From: Alphaproteobacteria bacterium
GTDB lineage: Bacteria > Pseudomonadota > Alphaproteobacteria > UBA9219
DNA length: 64,000 bases
NCBI GenBank assembly: GCA_031291395.1
Contig: JARLJD010000115.1
Coordinates: 846-64,845, forward strand
Reading direction: 5' to 3'
Shown: positions 9,636-19,172 of the stretch, one piece after another
How the letters are laid out: every line of letters begins with the position of its first letter
How positions within the stretch are numbered: position 1 is the first letter of the stretch
The notes under the pieces: generated by a model
What the model saw: only the letters and a program-made list of their open reading frames with translations
Database searches by the model: none
Told to the model about the DNA's origin: nothing
Program-made: the position numbers and the translations under genes

Positions 9636-9952
9636 GAAGCGGCAGAGGCATAATAAAACCGGTTTGTTTTCTGCTGGTTTTGTCAGGCTAATCGGATGAT
9701 TTTCGATTTCATCGGAAGTCGAGAAGACCCATATTAATACGATAATATACTGAGAAACAAAGATAGATTTGTGTGGTTGTGTTGCAGATACCCCACGAAA
9801 TACCCCCAAACGTAAAAAATTCCGTTCAAGAAGCGATATTAAGGGTTAATAAATGTTTAATTAAGGGATTGTCAAGCTGTCCCGACGATTATAAAGATTG
9901 GTAACTGCAGGCCATCATCTGCGGCACAAATTTTGCTGTAAAGAAATCTAGC

Positions 9953-10717
9953 ATGACCCCAGACGAACCAAAGCTTCATTTTTCTTTACCTCCGATAACA
10001 GAGGCTATTTTGGCGTTCAATTTTTCTGCGCCCCTAGAAAAGCGGTGGCTAGAAAAAGTTCCAACAAAACTGAAAAAAGAATATGAACTCAAAGCACCGC
10101 TTAAAAATTACTCCGTCAGCATCGAGCAAAGCCCTACGGGGGAGGATAAGTCGTCGATAAAAATTGAAGAACTAGGCTTGCGCTTAGCGAGCAAGGATCA
10201 AACCAACATCCTCCAAATTAGCCAGAATTTCATAACTTTTCATAGGCTTGCCCCATATATAGATTGGGAATATCTTCGCACATCTGCACAAAACGGCCTT
10301 GAAACACTTGATAAATTGGCTGGGGTCACCCCAATAAATAAACTCTCGACTAGATACCTTAATAGGATTGATATCCCTTTTGAAGACCTTGAGAAAAGAA
10401 GCATCACCTTTGAACGGTACTTTGCGCTATATTCCACGCTTCCCCCTGCCTTTGAATCAATGGCAAACGTATACAATGCATGGTCTCGTGCATTTGATGA
10501 TGTTCAGCAAGGCTATAGGTATGTGATTAATTTTTCGCCAGCACCCCCAGCCATATTGGATCACCACTCGTTCAGCTTGGATATTGAAGTTACTTCAATT
10601 GGCGAGATTCCGTCCAAGCGTAGTGATCTATGGGCGTTTGTCGAAAAGTTTAGGAGTGAGAAAAATAAAGCTTTCCTTTCGTGTCTGACGCAAGAGACAA
10701 TAGGGTTATTCAAATGA
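9953..10717 (+). CDS. hypothetical protein, islet gene 1
   Basis: 254 aa in low-GC DNA; no recognisable catalytic motif. Its stop overlaps the next start in ATGA, indicating translational coupling. Confidence 0.5.
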   Translation: MTPDEPKLHFSLPPITEAILAFNFSAPLEKRWLEKVPTKLKKEYELKAPLKNYSVSIEQSPTGEDKSSIKIEELGLRLASKDQTNILQISQNFITFHRLAPYIDWEYLRTSAQNGLETLDKLAGVTPINKLSTRYLNRIDIPFEDLEKRSITFERYFALYSTLPPAFESMANVYNAWSRAFDDVQQGYRYVINFSPAPPAILDHHSFSLDIEVTSIGEIPSKRSDLWAFVEKFRSEKNKAFLSCLTQETIGLFK

Positions 10718-11484
10718 CATTTCAGACAGCTTACACCGATGAGCTTTTCACGCCGAGTGCGGGCAGGCAGCCTTTCGGGGCAAACGCCACTCCCTCTACA
10801 GAGAAGAATTCATTTCCCATGCTCTTTTTGAGCCCAACAATAGGCGCAAGCCTTGATGCACCGATCACGAATAAAAAGTGGACTTGGTCTGCAGAGAGCA
10901 TAACGCCGCCCGATATGGAGACGTTGCTTGTCCATTTGACAGACAACTTTCGAAAAGGAACTTTTGCAGGAAAATCTGGCCTTATATGGGCAACAGATCG
11001 AGATACCAGCAAAGACTCGGGATGGACGGAACGGGAAATCGAACTAGAACAAGTAAATGACAACCTTGCCGAATTGAAAATCTATTACGCGACCGTTGCT
11101 CGATATAAGTCTAAGAATTGGCAGACGCATATCTTTCATGAATTAGACAGGCTTTTGCAATTTGATGCATGGGGGCCTGATGCGTCATTAATCAAGAAAG
11201 AATCTTTCATCTCTTTGATGAAATTCATCGTGTTTGCCCAACCGTTTCGACTTCCGGGCCTTGCTGTTGCAAAAAATGGAAATATGTCAGCCGGCTGGAA
11301 ATTAGGAGAAAGAACCGTAGTAATTGAATTCAAAGAAAATGAAGAGGCCATTGCAATAGTGTCTAAAGTGACCCAGCGGGGAAAACAAAAGGCAGCATGG
11401 CAAGGAAATGTGGGGGCATTAAAAGAGTTTTTGAGCAGTTTTGGGAATTGGGGCTGTTTAGATGAGCAGAAAAAAACAGCCTAA
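10681..11484 (+). CDS. hypothetical protein, islet gene 2
   Basis: Likely start is MTFQ at 10714 (ATGA overlap with gene 1). ~256 aa; no recognisable motif. Confidence 0.5.
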   Translation: MSDARDNRVIQMTFQTAYTDELFTPSAGRQPFGANATPSTEKNSFPMLFLSPTIGASLDAPITNKKWTWSAESITPPDMETLLVHLTDNFRKGTFAGKSGLIWATDRDTSKDSGWTEREIELEQVNDNLAELKIYYATVARYKSKNWQTHIFHELDRLLQFDAWGPDASLIKKESFISLMKFIVFAQPFRLPGLAVAKNGNMSAGWKLGERTVVIEFKENEEAIAIVSKVTQRGKQKAAWQGNVGALKEFLSSFGNWGCLDEQKKTA

Positions 11485-11953
11485 ACAAATATCCCGTCGC
11501 CTCCTTGGAAACGAAGAGCATATCGCGAGATACTGCTATCGTCAGCAAATTCTGCGAGATCCAGAAACGGGCGACGTAATATCAATACTTGATTCCTTTA
11601 AATTGAGGCCCATCGACAAGGGGGAACTATCCGTCGATCAATTTGAAAAACTAGGAAACGATTTTAATGCACGATTAAAAACCGCTGTATCAACCTTTCG
11701 CTCTATGATCAAGCATAGTCCCGTTACAGCGGATAGCATGATCAGCGTTTTAAATGTTGGGGCGGTAAAAGAAATTGGCAGAGGGGCTGGAAAAGAATTG
11801 AAGGTCAAAGATAAGTCGAGACCAGACCGTCCGACTTATGCCCATTTGCTTGGATTGCCGCACGATAATTCTGACAACAGTCTTTTGGCTTCACTGTCTG
11901 ATGAAGGCATAAAGTCTTGCCACTTTATTGAAGTAATCGACAAGTTGCCTTAG
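11462..11953 (+). CDS. hypothetical protein, islet gene 3
   Basis: 163 aa; overlaps gene 2 by 23 bp. Contains an R-x4-H segment (RPTYAH), only weakly HEPN-like. Low GC. Confidence 0.45.
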   Translation: MSRKKQPKQISRRLLGNEEHIARYCYRQQILRDPETGDVISILDSFKLRPIDKGELSVDQFEKLGNDFNARLKTAVSTFRSMIKHSPVTADSMISVLNVGAVKEIGRGAGKELKVKDKSRPDRPTYAHLLGLPHDNSDNSLLASLSDEGIKSCHFIEVIDKLP

Positions 11954-12158
11954 TCTTTGGATTCGCTGGGCAGGGGCACATTGTGCCCTTGTGTTCTCAT
12001 ACACTCGTCAATGATCTTTTTCTTGCCCTCTGGTGTTAATGCATCGTCGGATTCTTTGACCTGTTCATCTGTCATGCTGTTGCGATTGGCGAGATAGCCG
12101 ACAAGCCCAAAGGGGCTGAACATCTTTTCAGCAAGCTGTTTTTGCTTGGATTAGAAAA

Positions 12159-12245
12159 TGGTGCGGTCGAGAAGACTCGAACTTCCACGAGATTGCTCCC
12201 ACAGCGACCTCAACGCTGCGCGTCTACCAATTCCGCCACGACCGC
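12159..12245 (-). tRNA. tRNA-Leu (anticodon GAG)
   Basis: Reverse complement reads GCGGTCGTGGCGGAATTGGTAGACGCGCAGCGTTGAGGTCGCTGTGGGAGCAATCTCGTGGAAGTTCGAGTCTTCTCGACCGCACCA. It has a 7-bp acceptor stem, anticodon loop TTGAGGT, a long variable arm, TTCGAGT in the T loop and an encoded CCA. Confidence 0.9.
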
Positions 12246-12415
12246 ACGTCTGTGATAGGAGGCAGGGGCAAGCCAATAGCAGAAAGGCACTGCCTTTATC
12301 AAGGGGTTATCTGGGGATTCTTTTTTTTGCACGGCTTTTAGCCCGCCTTGCCGATATCTCGTTTGGCGCGTTCGCGGCGGGCCTAAAAATGCGCGTTTCC
12401 CTTTTCGGGTCTAGA

Positions 12416-12450
12416 CGGAAAAACCCCGCTCTTGGCGAGCGGGGTTTCCT
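12416..12450 (-). terminator. rho-independent terminator of hppA
   Basis: GC hairpin AAAACCCCGCTC-ttgg-CGAGCGGGGTTT with a T-run on the minus strand, just downstream of the hppA stop. Confidence 0.6.
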
Positions 12451-12477
12451 GTATCAAAGCCCTGTTTACCAGCAGCC

Positions 12478-14586
12478 TTAGACAGCGTGCGCCGCCGCCA
12501 GAATAGCCAGCAGCAGGATCGCTACGATGTTGATGATCTTGATCATCGGGTTGACGGCGGGACCGGCGGTGTCCTTGTACGGGTCGCCGACGGTGTCGCC
12601 GGTCACGGCAGCCTTGTGGGCGTCGGAGCCTTTGCCGCCGTAGTTGCCTTCCTCGATGTACTTCTTGGCGTTATCCCACGCGCCGCCGCCCGAGGTCATC
12701 GAGATGGCGACGAAGATGCCCGTCACGATCGTGCCCAGCAACATCGCGCCGAGCGCGGTGAAGGCCTGCGCCTGCCCTGCGACGAAGCGCACGACGAAGT
12801 ACAAAACAATCGGAGCCGCGACCGGAAGCAGGGACGGCAGGATCATTTCGCGGATCGCGGCCTTGGTCAGCATATCGACCGCGGTGCCGTATTCCGGCTT
12901 GGCCTTGCCTTCCATGATGCCTTTGATCTCGCGGAACTGGCGGCGCACTTCCTGCACCACAGCGCCCGCTGCGCGGCCTACGGCGGTCATCGCCATAGAA
13001 CCGAACAGATAAGGCAACAGACCGCCGATGAACAGGCCGACCACGACGAACGGGTTCTGCAAATCGAACTTCACCGGCACATTCGGGAAGTAATGCTGCA
13101 AATCCTGAATGTAGGCTGCGAACAAAACCAAAGCTGCAAGCCCCGCCGACGCGATGGCATAGCCTTTGGTCACCGCTTTGGTGGTGTTGCCGACGGCGTC
13201 CAAAGCGTCGGTCGTGACGCGGATTTCTTTCGGCATGTTCGACATTTCGGCGATGCCGCCCGCGTTGTCGGTCACAGGGCCGTACGCGTCGAGCGCCACG
13301 ACCATGCCCGCCAAAGCCAACATCGTCGTCGCCGCCAAAGCGATGCCGAACAGACCCGCCGTGGTATAGGCCAGAACGATGCCGACGCAGATCACGATCA
13401 CCGGCAAAGCCGTCGATTCCATCGACACGGCCAAGCCCTGAATGACGTTGGTGCCGTGGCCGTTGGCCGAGGCCGCCGCGATGCTGCGCACCGGACGGTA
13501 TTTCGTCGCGGTATAGTATTCGGTGATCCACACCATCAGCGCGGTCACGCCAAGCCCCGTCAAGGCGCAGGTCATCACCTGCATGCCGGAGAGAACCTGA
13601 CCGGAGACTTCGGTCACCGAATCGTTCAGGCCGATCTGCTTGTTGACGACAAGAGCGATCAGCCCCGCCGAAATCACGCCGGTCGCCATAAGCCCTTTGT
13701 ACAAAGCGCCCATGATGTTCTGGCATTTGCCCAAGCGAACGAAGAAGGTGCCGATGACCGAGGCGATAATGCACACGCCGCCGATCAGAAGCGGCAACAG
13801 CATCATCGTCGCGCGCTGTTCGCCCATAAAGAAGCTGGCGGCCAGCAACATCGTCGCCACGATCGTGACGGCGTAGGTTTCAAATAAATCCGCCGCCATA
13901 CCGGCGCAATCGCCGACATTGTCGCCGACATTGTCGGCGATCACGGCGGGGTTGCGCGGGTCGTCTTCCGGAATCCCGGCTTCGACCTTGCCGACCAAAT
14001 CCGCGCCGACATCGGCGCCCTTGGTGAAGATGCCGCCGCCCAAACGCGCGAAGATCGAGATTAGCGAGGCGCCAAAGCTTAGCGCGACGAGGGCTTCAAT
14101 GATCGAACGCATCGACGCTTCGTCCGCGCCGCTCTTCCAGTGCAGAAGCGCGTAATAATAGCCGCTGACGCCAAGCAAGCCGAGGCCGACGACCAAAAGG
14201 CCGGTGATCGCGCCCGCTTTGAACGCAATGTTCAAAGCCGGTTTCATGCCGCCTTCCGCCGCCGCCGCGGTGCGCACGTTGGCGCGAACCGAAACATTCA
14301 TGCCGACATAACCCGCCGCGCCCGAAAGCACAGCGCCGATGACAAAGCCGAGCGCCACATGCGCGCCCAGAAAAGCGCCGAGAACAACGCAAATAACCAC
14401 GCCGACAAGAGCAACGGTCATATACTGGCGGTTCAGATAGGCCTTTGCGCCTTCCTGAATGGCCGCCGCGATTTCCTGCATGCGGGGGGTTCCTGTCGGA
14501 GCCGATAGCACTTGACGCGCCGTAAACAATCCGTACAGCAGGGCAAGAATGCCGCAGCCGAAGATTAGAAAAAACTCGTTACTCAT
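12478..14586 (-). CDS. hppA: membrane-bound H+-translocating pyrophosphatase
   Basis: ~702 aa polytopic membrane protein. Motifs match V-type PPase ([25 protein letters not shown]). Start chosen at MSNEFF. Confidence 0.9.
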   Translation of the reverse strand: MSNEFFLIFGCGILALLYGLFTARQVLSAPTGTPRMQEIAAAIQEGAKAYLNRQYMTVALVGVVICVVLGAFLGAHVALGFVIGAVLSGAAGYVGMNVSVRANVRTAAAAEGGMKPALNIAFKAGAITGLLVVGLGLLGVSGYYYALLHWKSGADEASMRSIIEALVALSFGASLISIFARLGGGIFTKGADVGADLVGKVEAGIPEDDPRNPAVIADNVGDNVGDCAGMAADLFETYAVTIVATMLLAASFFMGEQRATMMLLPLLIGGVCIIASVIGTFFVRLGKCQNIMGALYKGLMATGVISAGLIALVVNKQIGLNDSVTEVSGQVLSGMQVMTCALTGLGVTALMVWITEYYTATKYRPVRSIAAASANGHGTNVIQGLAVSMESTALPVIVICVGIVLAYTTAGLFGIALAATTMLALAGMVVALDAYGPVTDNAGGIAEMSNMPKEIRVTTDALDAVGNTTKAVTKGYAIASAGLAALVLFAAYIQDLQHYFPNVPVKFDLQNPFVVVGLFIGGLLPYLFGSMAMTAVGRAAGAVVQEVRRQFREIKGIMEGKAKPEYGTAVDMLTKAAIREMILPSLLPVAAPIVLYFVVRFVAGQAQAFTALGAMLLGTIVTGIFVAISMTSGGGAWDNAKKYIEEGNYGGKGSDAHKAAVTGDTVGDPYKDTAGPAVNPMIKIINIVAILLLAILAAAHAV

Positions 14587-14734
14587 TGCCTGTCCTCGTG
14601 GGGTTTTGATTGTGAAGGAGAATGCCCTTTGCCGGAGTCGCAAGGGCGCAACCGGCGGTTAAAATGCCCGAATGCGCGCAGGAAGGCAAGAGGGGGATTG
14701 ATTCGGGACGGATGATTCGCGGTCAGACATTCAG

Positions 14735-14770
14735 AAAAAAGCGGTCGCCGGAAGGGCGACCGCTTTTTTT
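14735..14770. terminator. bidirectional rho-independent terminator (after rpmB)
   Basis: AAAAAAGCGGTCGCC-ggaagg-GCGACCGCTTTTTTT: perfect hairpin with A/T runs on both sides. Confidence 0.7.
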
Positions 14771-14784
14771 CGCATGACTCTGAA

Positions 14785-15078
14785 TTACTTCGCAACCCGC
14801 GCTTGCGCTTTGGCGATTTGCTTCTTGATTTTCAACGCCGGTTCGCTGAGGCGGCTGTTGCGGGTGCCGAGCAGCCATGCGTCGATTCCACCGTTGTGTT
14901 CGACGGTACGGATGCCGTTTGCGGTCAAGCGCATCGAAACGGCTTTCCCCAGAATCTCTGACGGGAATGAGCAAACCTGCAAATTCGGCTGCCATCTGCG
15001 GCGCGTTTTATTGTTCGCATGGCTGACATTGTTGCCAAAATGCGGCTTCTTGCCGCTGACGGAGCATACACGGGACAT
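14785..15078 (-). CDS. rpmB: 50S ribosomal protein L28
   Basis: 97 aa beginning MSRVCSVSGKKP.FGNNVSHANNKTRRRW.PNLQ, the canonical L28. Confidence 0.9.
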   Translation of the reverse strand: MSRVCSVSGKKPHFGNNVSHANNKTRRRWQPNLQVCSFPSEILGKAVSMRLTANGIRTVEHNGGIDAWLLGTRNSRLSEPALKIKKQIAKAQARVAK

Positions 15079-15272
15079 AATTTTCTCGCGGGGCTTTCCC
15101 CGGCCTTCATTAAGGTTTCGTTTCGCGGATAAACGCGATGAGGGGGGCTTTATAAGGGGGAGAACGTTGCGGAGTCAAGGAATTGGTTGGGCGGGAAAAC
15201 AGGGGACATAATAAAAAAGCGCTTTAACTAATTTTTTGTGGGAATAAAGCCAGCCGTTGAGGCGCATTTTTA

Positions 15273-15530
15273 TTATGTCCCCTTGCCCGCCAACTGTTTC
15301 TCAACCATAGCGATGACGTCGCCAACTGTGCGGATGTCCGTGGCCGAGGTGTTGGCGTTAAAGGGCAGTTGCACGCCGAATTTGTCTTCCAGCGCGAAAA
15401 CGACTTCGACCATATCCAGCGAGCTGACGTTCAAATCGGCCAGCTTAACGTCGGGCGTCAATTTGCTGCGATCGATCAACGCTTTTTGCGCGACGATGTC
15501 GAGGATTTCATCCATACGGTTCGAGGTCAT
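15273..15530 (-). CDS. acyl carrier protein (AcpXL-like, LPS-associated)
   Basis: ~85 aa with DLNVSSLDMVEVVFALEDKFG, a phosphopantetheine-attachment Ser motif. Adjacent to lpxD. The upstream ORF extension runs into a family-2 repeat, so the start is set at MTSNR. Confidence 0.7.
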   Translation of the reverse strand: MTSNRMDEILDIVAQKALIDRSKLTPDVKLADLNVSSLDMVEVVFALEDKFGVQLPFNANTSATDIRTVGDVIAMVEKQLAGKGT

Positions 15531-15565
15531 AAGAGAGCCTGAGTTGTTAAGTATACTGCAACACG

Positions 15566-15655
15566 CCACAAATTGCGCTTTCTCGTAGGAGCGGCTTCCA
15601 GCCGCGACCCTTTGCTCTTACGTCAACAGTCGCGGCTGGAAGCCGCTCCTACGAA
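15566..15655. repeat. Family-2 long-hairpin repeat (copy 1)
   Basis: TTCGTAGGAGCGGCTTCCAGCCGCGAC-N~21-GTCGCGGCTGGAAGCCGCTCCTACGAA, flanked by CCACAAATTGCGCTTT. Six copies in the window. Confidence 0.85.
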
Positions 15656-15691
15656 CAGATAATGTGTGACCTTGCGAAGTATATCTAACGA

Positions 15692-16798
15692 CTAATCGTT
15701 TTTCGATAATTTCTCAAGGGTCTCCATTTTTTCGGCTAACTGCTCGATTTTCTTGAAGAATTGTTTTAAACGGCCAAGGTTGAACAGATTTTCCATCATG
15801 CGCTCGCGCGAGGTGGCGGGGAGGCCGCCGACAATGGCGCGTTTGCCCACGTTTCCCGCGACGCCGCTCATCGCCATGACGATCGCGTCGTCGCCGATCA
15901 TGACGTGATCCGCGACGCCGACGGCCCCGCCCAGCACCACGCGGTCGCCGATTTTCGCGCTTCCTGCTATGCCGACGCGGCCGCAGATCATGCAATTGTC
16001 GCCGACCGAGACGTTATGGCCGATTTGAACCTGATTGTCGATTTTGGTGCCATTGCCGATGCGGGTTGACAGAATGGTGCCGCGGTCGATGCTGGTGTTG
16101 GCGCCTATTTCGACATCGTTTCCCAGAATGACGGGCGCCAGAGAGGCGATGCGGAGCAGGGACGTATTTTGCGCCGTGACCTCGCCCCCGCGGCCCGCTT
16201 TGGCGGCCTCGACGCTGCCGGTCTGCGGCGTGACGAAGCTGAAGCCGTCCGCGCCGATGCTGGCGTTGAAATGGATTGTCGCGCGGTCGCCGATTCGCGT
16301 GCCCGCGCCGATTCTAACGCCCGGATAAATCAAAGCGTTAGCACCGATCGTGGCGTTCGGGCCGATATAGCATTGCGGGTGCAAAACGGCATTGTCGCCG
16401 ATCGTGGCATTCGCGCCGATATAAACCTGCGCGCCGATCGCGGCGTTCTTCCCGACCGTCGCGCCCTCTTCGATGACGGCGGAGGGGTGAATGCCTGATT
16501 TCACGACGACAGGCTCGGCAAACAAAGCGGTGACTAGCGCCATTGCGAGACGCGGGCGCGTCACAATAATGCGATTTTCCAAAAACGCGCTGTCGCTTTC
16601 CTCGCCACAGACGATAGCGGCCGCAGCCTTGCTGTCTTTGAGTAAAGGCAATAAGGATGCCTCCATCGCCAGCGCCAGATCGCCCGCCCCCAAAATATCG
16701 GCGGGGTGCGCCAAGCGCGTGATGCGCAGCGAACCGTCGCCGATTAAACGACCTTCGACGGCGGAGGCGATTTGTTGGAGGGTGAAGGTTGGGGGCAT
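15692..16798 (-). CDS. lpxD: UDP-3-O-acylglucosamine N-acyltransferase
   Basis: 368 aa; long left-handed beta-helix hexapeptide repeats (IGxNxxIG...) with an N-terminal LpxD-type domain. Confidence 0.8.
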   Translation of the reverse strand: MPPTFTLQQIASAVEGRLIGDGSLRITRLAHPADILGAGDLALAMEASLLPLLKDSKAAAAIVCGEESDSAFLENRIIVTRPRLAMALVTALFAEPVVVKSGIHPSAVIEEGATVGKNAAIGAQVYIGANATIGDNAVLHPQCYIGPNATIGANALIYPGVRIGAGTRIGDRATIHFNASIGADGFSFVTPQTGSVEAAKAGRGGEVTAQNTSLLRIASLAPVILGNDVEIGANTSIDRGTILSTRIGNGTKIDNQVQIGHNVSVGDNCMICGRVGIAGSAKIGDRVVLGGAVGVADHVMIGDDAIVMAMSGVAGNVGKRAIVGGLPATSRERMMENLFNLGRLKQFFKKIEQLAEKMETLEKLSKND

Positions 16799-16965
16799 GA
16801 TACAGCAGGCGATGCTTGAATATTCGTTAGGTTAGCAACTACATTCCTGTACGCTGCGTTCAAGGTCAAGTTTTTGTTTTCCTGCAGGTGAACGAGGGAT
16901 GGAAATAATTGCGGATTTTTTCGTTTTCCCATGATATTCTTTGCAAACATCAGAGGATTTTGCAC

Positions 16966-17343
16966 ATGGATGACACGTTTCCCTCTTATCTTTCGCGCGT
17001 CCTTTATCGGCTTCAGAAATATCGTGAGCTGGATCGATGCGCGCTGATTGCCACCTTTCGCGGGGCGGGGGCGTTGTTCGGTCGTTCCGTAAAGAAAACC
17101 GCAAAGAATGCCGCGCATTCGGTTATCGTCACTTTCCGCTATGGCATACCCGTTCGCATTTTCCCTGACGGCACGGAAGAAATCGATTGCAGTTCCCCTG
17201 AAATGAAAGCCTCCGGCAGTTCAAGCATCATAGGCGTTCTTCGGCACATGGCAAAAAGTCTTCTTTCCGTGACGCCTTCGCCGTTTGCGCCCTGCCCGAC
17301 GATGCGTCCGCGCGGCAAGCCGTTGGAACCGGCTTTTGTTTGA
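16966..17343 (+). CDS. hypothetical protein
   Basis: ORF 16909-17343, probable start MDDTFPS. No recognisable motif. Sits between lpxD and acpS. Confidence 0.3.
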   Translation: MDDTFPSYLSRVLYRLQKYRELDRCALIATFRGAGALFGRSVKKTAKNAAHSVIVTFRYGIPVRIFPDGTEEIDCSSPEMKASGSSSIIGVLRHMAKSLLSVTPSPFAPCPTMRPRGKPLEPAFV

Positions 17344-17365
17344 TCCCCTCGCGCTATAATCCCCC

Positions 17366-17770
17366 ATGATCATCGGCATCGGCAGCGATTTGGCGAATAT
17401 CGAGCGCATCGGCAAGACGCTGGAGACATATGGCGAACGGTTTGTGCAACGGGTTTTCACGCCGGTTGAGCAGGCCAAGGCGGCGAAGCGCGCCAACAAA
17501 CCCGCGACTTATGCCAAGCGGTTCGCAGCCAAGGAGGCTTGCGCCAAGGCTTTGGGCACCGGCCTTTATCGCGGTGTTTTCTTCCGCGACATGGGCGTTG
17601 TCAACCTGCCTTCGGGACAGCCGACTTTGGAACTTTCCGGCGGGGCGCTTAAACGTCTGCGCGCGATGACCCCGCCCGGCATGACCGCCCGAATCCACCT
17701 TACAATCACCGACGACGCGCCGTGGGCGCAGGCTTTTGTGGTGATCGAGGCTAATAAATTCCCGGAATAA
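17366..17770 (+). CDS. acpS: holo-[acyl-carrier-protein] synthase
   Basis: 134 aa beginning [15 protein letters not shown], with [14 protein letters not shown]: the AcpS family. Confidence 0.9.
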   Translation: MIIGIGSDLANIERIGKTLETYGERFVQRVFTPVEQAKAAKRANKPATYAKRFAAKEACAKALGTGLYRGVFFRDMGVVNLPSGQPTLELSGGALKRLRAMTPPGMTARIHLTITDDAPWAQAFVVIEANKFPE

Positions 17771-18446
17771 GCCGTGCGGTTTTTTCCGCATAGGCTTCAT
17801 ATTCGGGGAAATGTTCCGTCAAAACTTTTTCTTCGTAATGGATGCGCACCAGCTGTAGCGCCAGTTGCACGGCGACCAGAAGCAGCGCCCACGGCGAAAG
17901 GAAATTAATCACGACCCCCAGCGTCGCCACGGCTTCGGCCAGATACAAAGGATGGCGCACGACGGCATAGGGGCCTTGCGTCACAAGCCGCCGTCCTTCC
18001 GGCAAGATCGAGAAAGAGCGCCCCAATCGCAGAAGGATCATAACCGCGAACGCATTGCCGATCACGACCAGAAGGCAGGCCAGTATTCGCGCCCACAGGG
18101 GCAGAGACTCGCATGGGCTGAGCAGCAAAAGACCGGACATCAAAAACCCGCCCAGAATGGCGGCGGCGCAGGGGATGGCTCCGGCGAATTTGCTGATCGG
18201 GCGCAAGCGCACGGCGTAAAGCCCCGCGACCATAAGCGAATACAGCCCGATCGACAGAACCGAGAAAGCCTGCCCCAATTGATAGGGCTGCGGATGCGCG
18301 AAATCGACGCCTTTCATATGGGAAATGCCGCTGTGCAAGCAAACGCCCGCCGAAAAAGCGAAGGTCACGCCAAGCGCAAAGCGGATCGCGAGGTCGAGCC
18401 AGAAGGAACGGTCAAACGGTGAATCCTTTGTTTCGGAAAGAGACAT
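17751..18446 (-). CDS. isoprenylcysteine carboxyl methyltransferase family membrane protein
   Basis: 231 aa; multiple transmembrane helices; C-terminal [14 protein letters not shown]...[15 protein letters not shown] matches the ICMT/PEMT family signature. Confidence 0.7.
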   Translation of the reverse strand: MSLSETKDSPFDRSFWLDLAIRFALGVTFAFSAGVCLHSGISHMKGVDFAHPQPYQLGQAFSVLSIGLYSLMVAGLYAVRLRPISKFAGAIPCAAAILGGFLMSGLLLLSPCESLPLWARILACLLVVIGNAFAVMILLRLGRSFSILPEGRRLVTQGPYAVVRHPLYLAEAVATLGVVINFLSPWALLLVAVQLALQLVRIHYEEKVLTEHFPEYEAYAEKTARLIPGIY

Positions 18447-18599
18447 AAAATCGGTTATGACGCCTCTTGCTTAAAACTTGCTTAAGCGCGGAAGGTTTGG
18501 GGTTACAATTCATGGCAATCAAGACGCATGCAATTCTGTGGATTTTTTTGACAAAATTTGCCATAATGCGGGTATTCTTGTGATTTGAGGCAAAGGCCT

Positions 18600-18854
18600 A
18601 TGACAACTATGAATATATCTCTTCCTGAAACCATGAAATGTTTCGTGGATCATCAGGTAATGGATGGCGGTTACAGCACGTCGAGCGAGTATGTTCGCGA
18701 CTTGATTCGCAAGGATCAAATCCGTCTTGCGCAACAGCATTTAGCGACCCTGATCATGGAGGGGCTGGAATCCGGTGCTGCCCTGCCTGTCGATGATGCT
18801 TATTGGGAAAACAAACGCAATGCGTTGACGCAAAAAGATCAGACCGCCCCATGA
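18600..18854 (+). CDS. parD: ParD-family antitoxin (ribbon-helix-helix)
   Basis: ~84 aa from MTTMNISLPE; the SSEYVRDLIRKDQ motif is typical of ParD (COG3609). Overlaps the downstream toxin start by 4 bp. Confidence 0.7.
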   Translation: MTTMNISLPETMKCFVDHQVMDGGYSTSSEYVRDLIRKDQIRLAQQHLATLIMEGLESGAALPVDDAYWENKRNALTQKDQTAP

Positions 18855-19168
18855 AGCCTGTTCGTATTCGTCCGCGCGCCGACAGAGAAATTGACGCGCT
18901 TGCGGATTATCTCGCGCGCAGCAATGTCAGCGTGGCGTTGCGTTTTCTGGGCTCTGTGCAGGAAGTTTTCGATCTGATCGGCAAACAACCGGGAATTGGC
19001 TCTTTGCGCTATGCCCATTTGCCGATGCTTGAAGGCTTGCGCGTGTGTTCAGTGTCTGGATTTGAAAAGCATCTGGTGTTTTTCATTGAGAGGCACAGTT
19101 ATATTGACGTGATCCGCGTCCTGCACAGCGCGCGCGATCTTCCTGCCGCTCTTGCAGAAGACGAGTAA
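18851..19168 (+). CDS. parE: ParE/RelE-family toxin
   Basis: ~105 aa from MKPVRIRPRADREIDALADYL with HLVFFIERHSYIDVIRVLH: the ParE fold signature. Confidence 0.7.
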   Translation: MKPVRIRPRADREIDALADYLARSNVSVALRFLGSVQEVFDLIGKQPGIGSLRYAHLPMLEGLRVCSVSGFEKHLVFFIERHSYIDVIRVLHSARDLPAALAEDE

Positions 19169-19172
19169 CAAA

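Noticed and set aside
9716-9731. 11-bp match to the tRNA-Leu 3' stem used as a putative island boundary
   Set aside because: It was kept in the finding but not annotated as a feature. An 11-bp exact match has a non-negligible chance occurrence in 64 kb, roughly a few percent. It needs comparison with an unoccupied site.
11950-12123. 58-aa minus-strand ORF (MFSPFGLVGYLANRNSMTDEQVKESDDALTPEGKKKIIDECMRTQ…) at the tRNA-proximal edge of the islet
   Set aside because: It is below the ORF-track threshold, has no recognisable homology and is convergent with islet gene 3. It might be an integrase or excisionase remnant or a small protein, but the evidence is insufficient.
12158-12481. 107-aa plus-strand ORF
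   Set aside because: It overlaps the tRNA-Leu gene and the hppA terminator. It is an artefact of ORF calling across an RNA gene.
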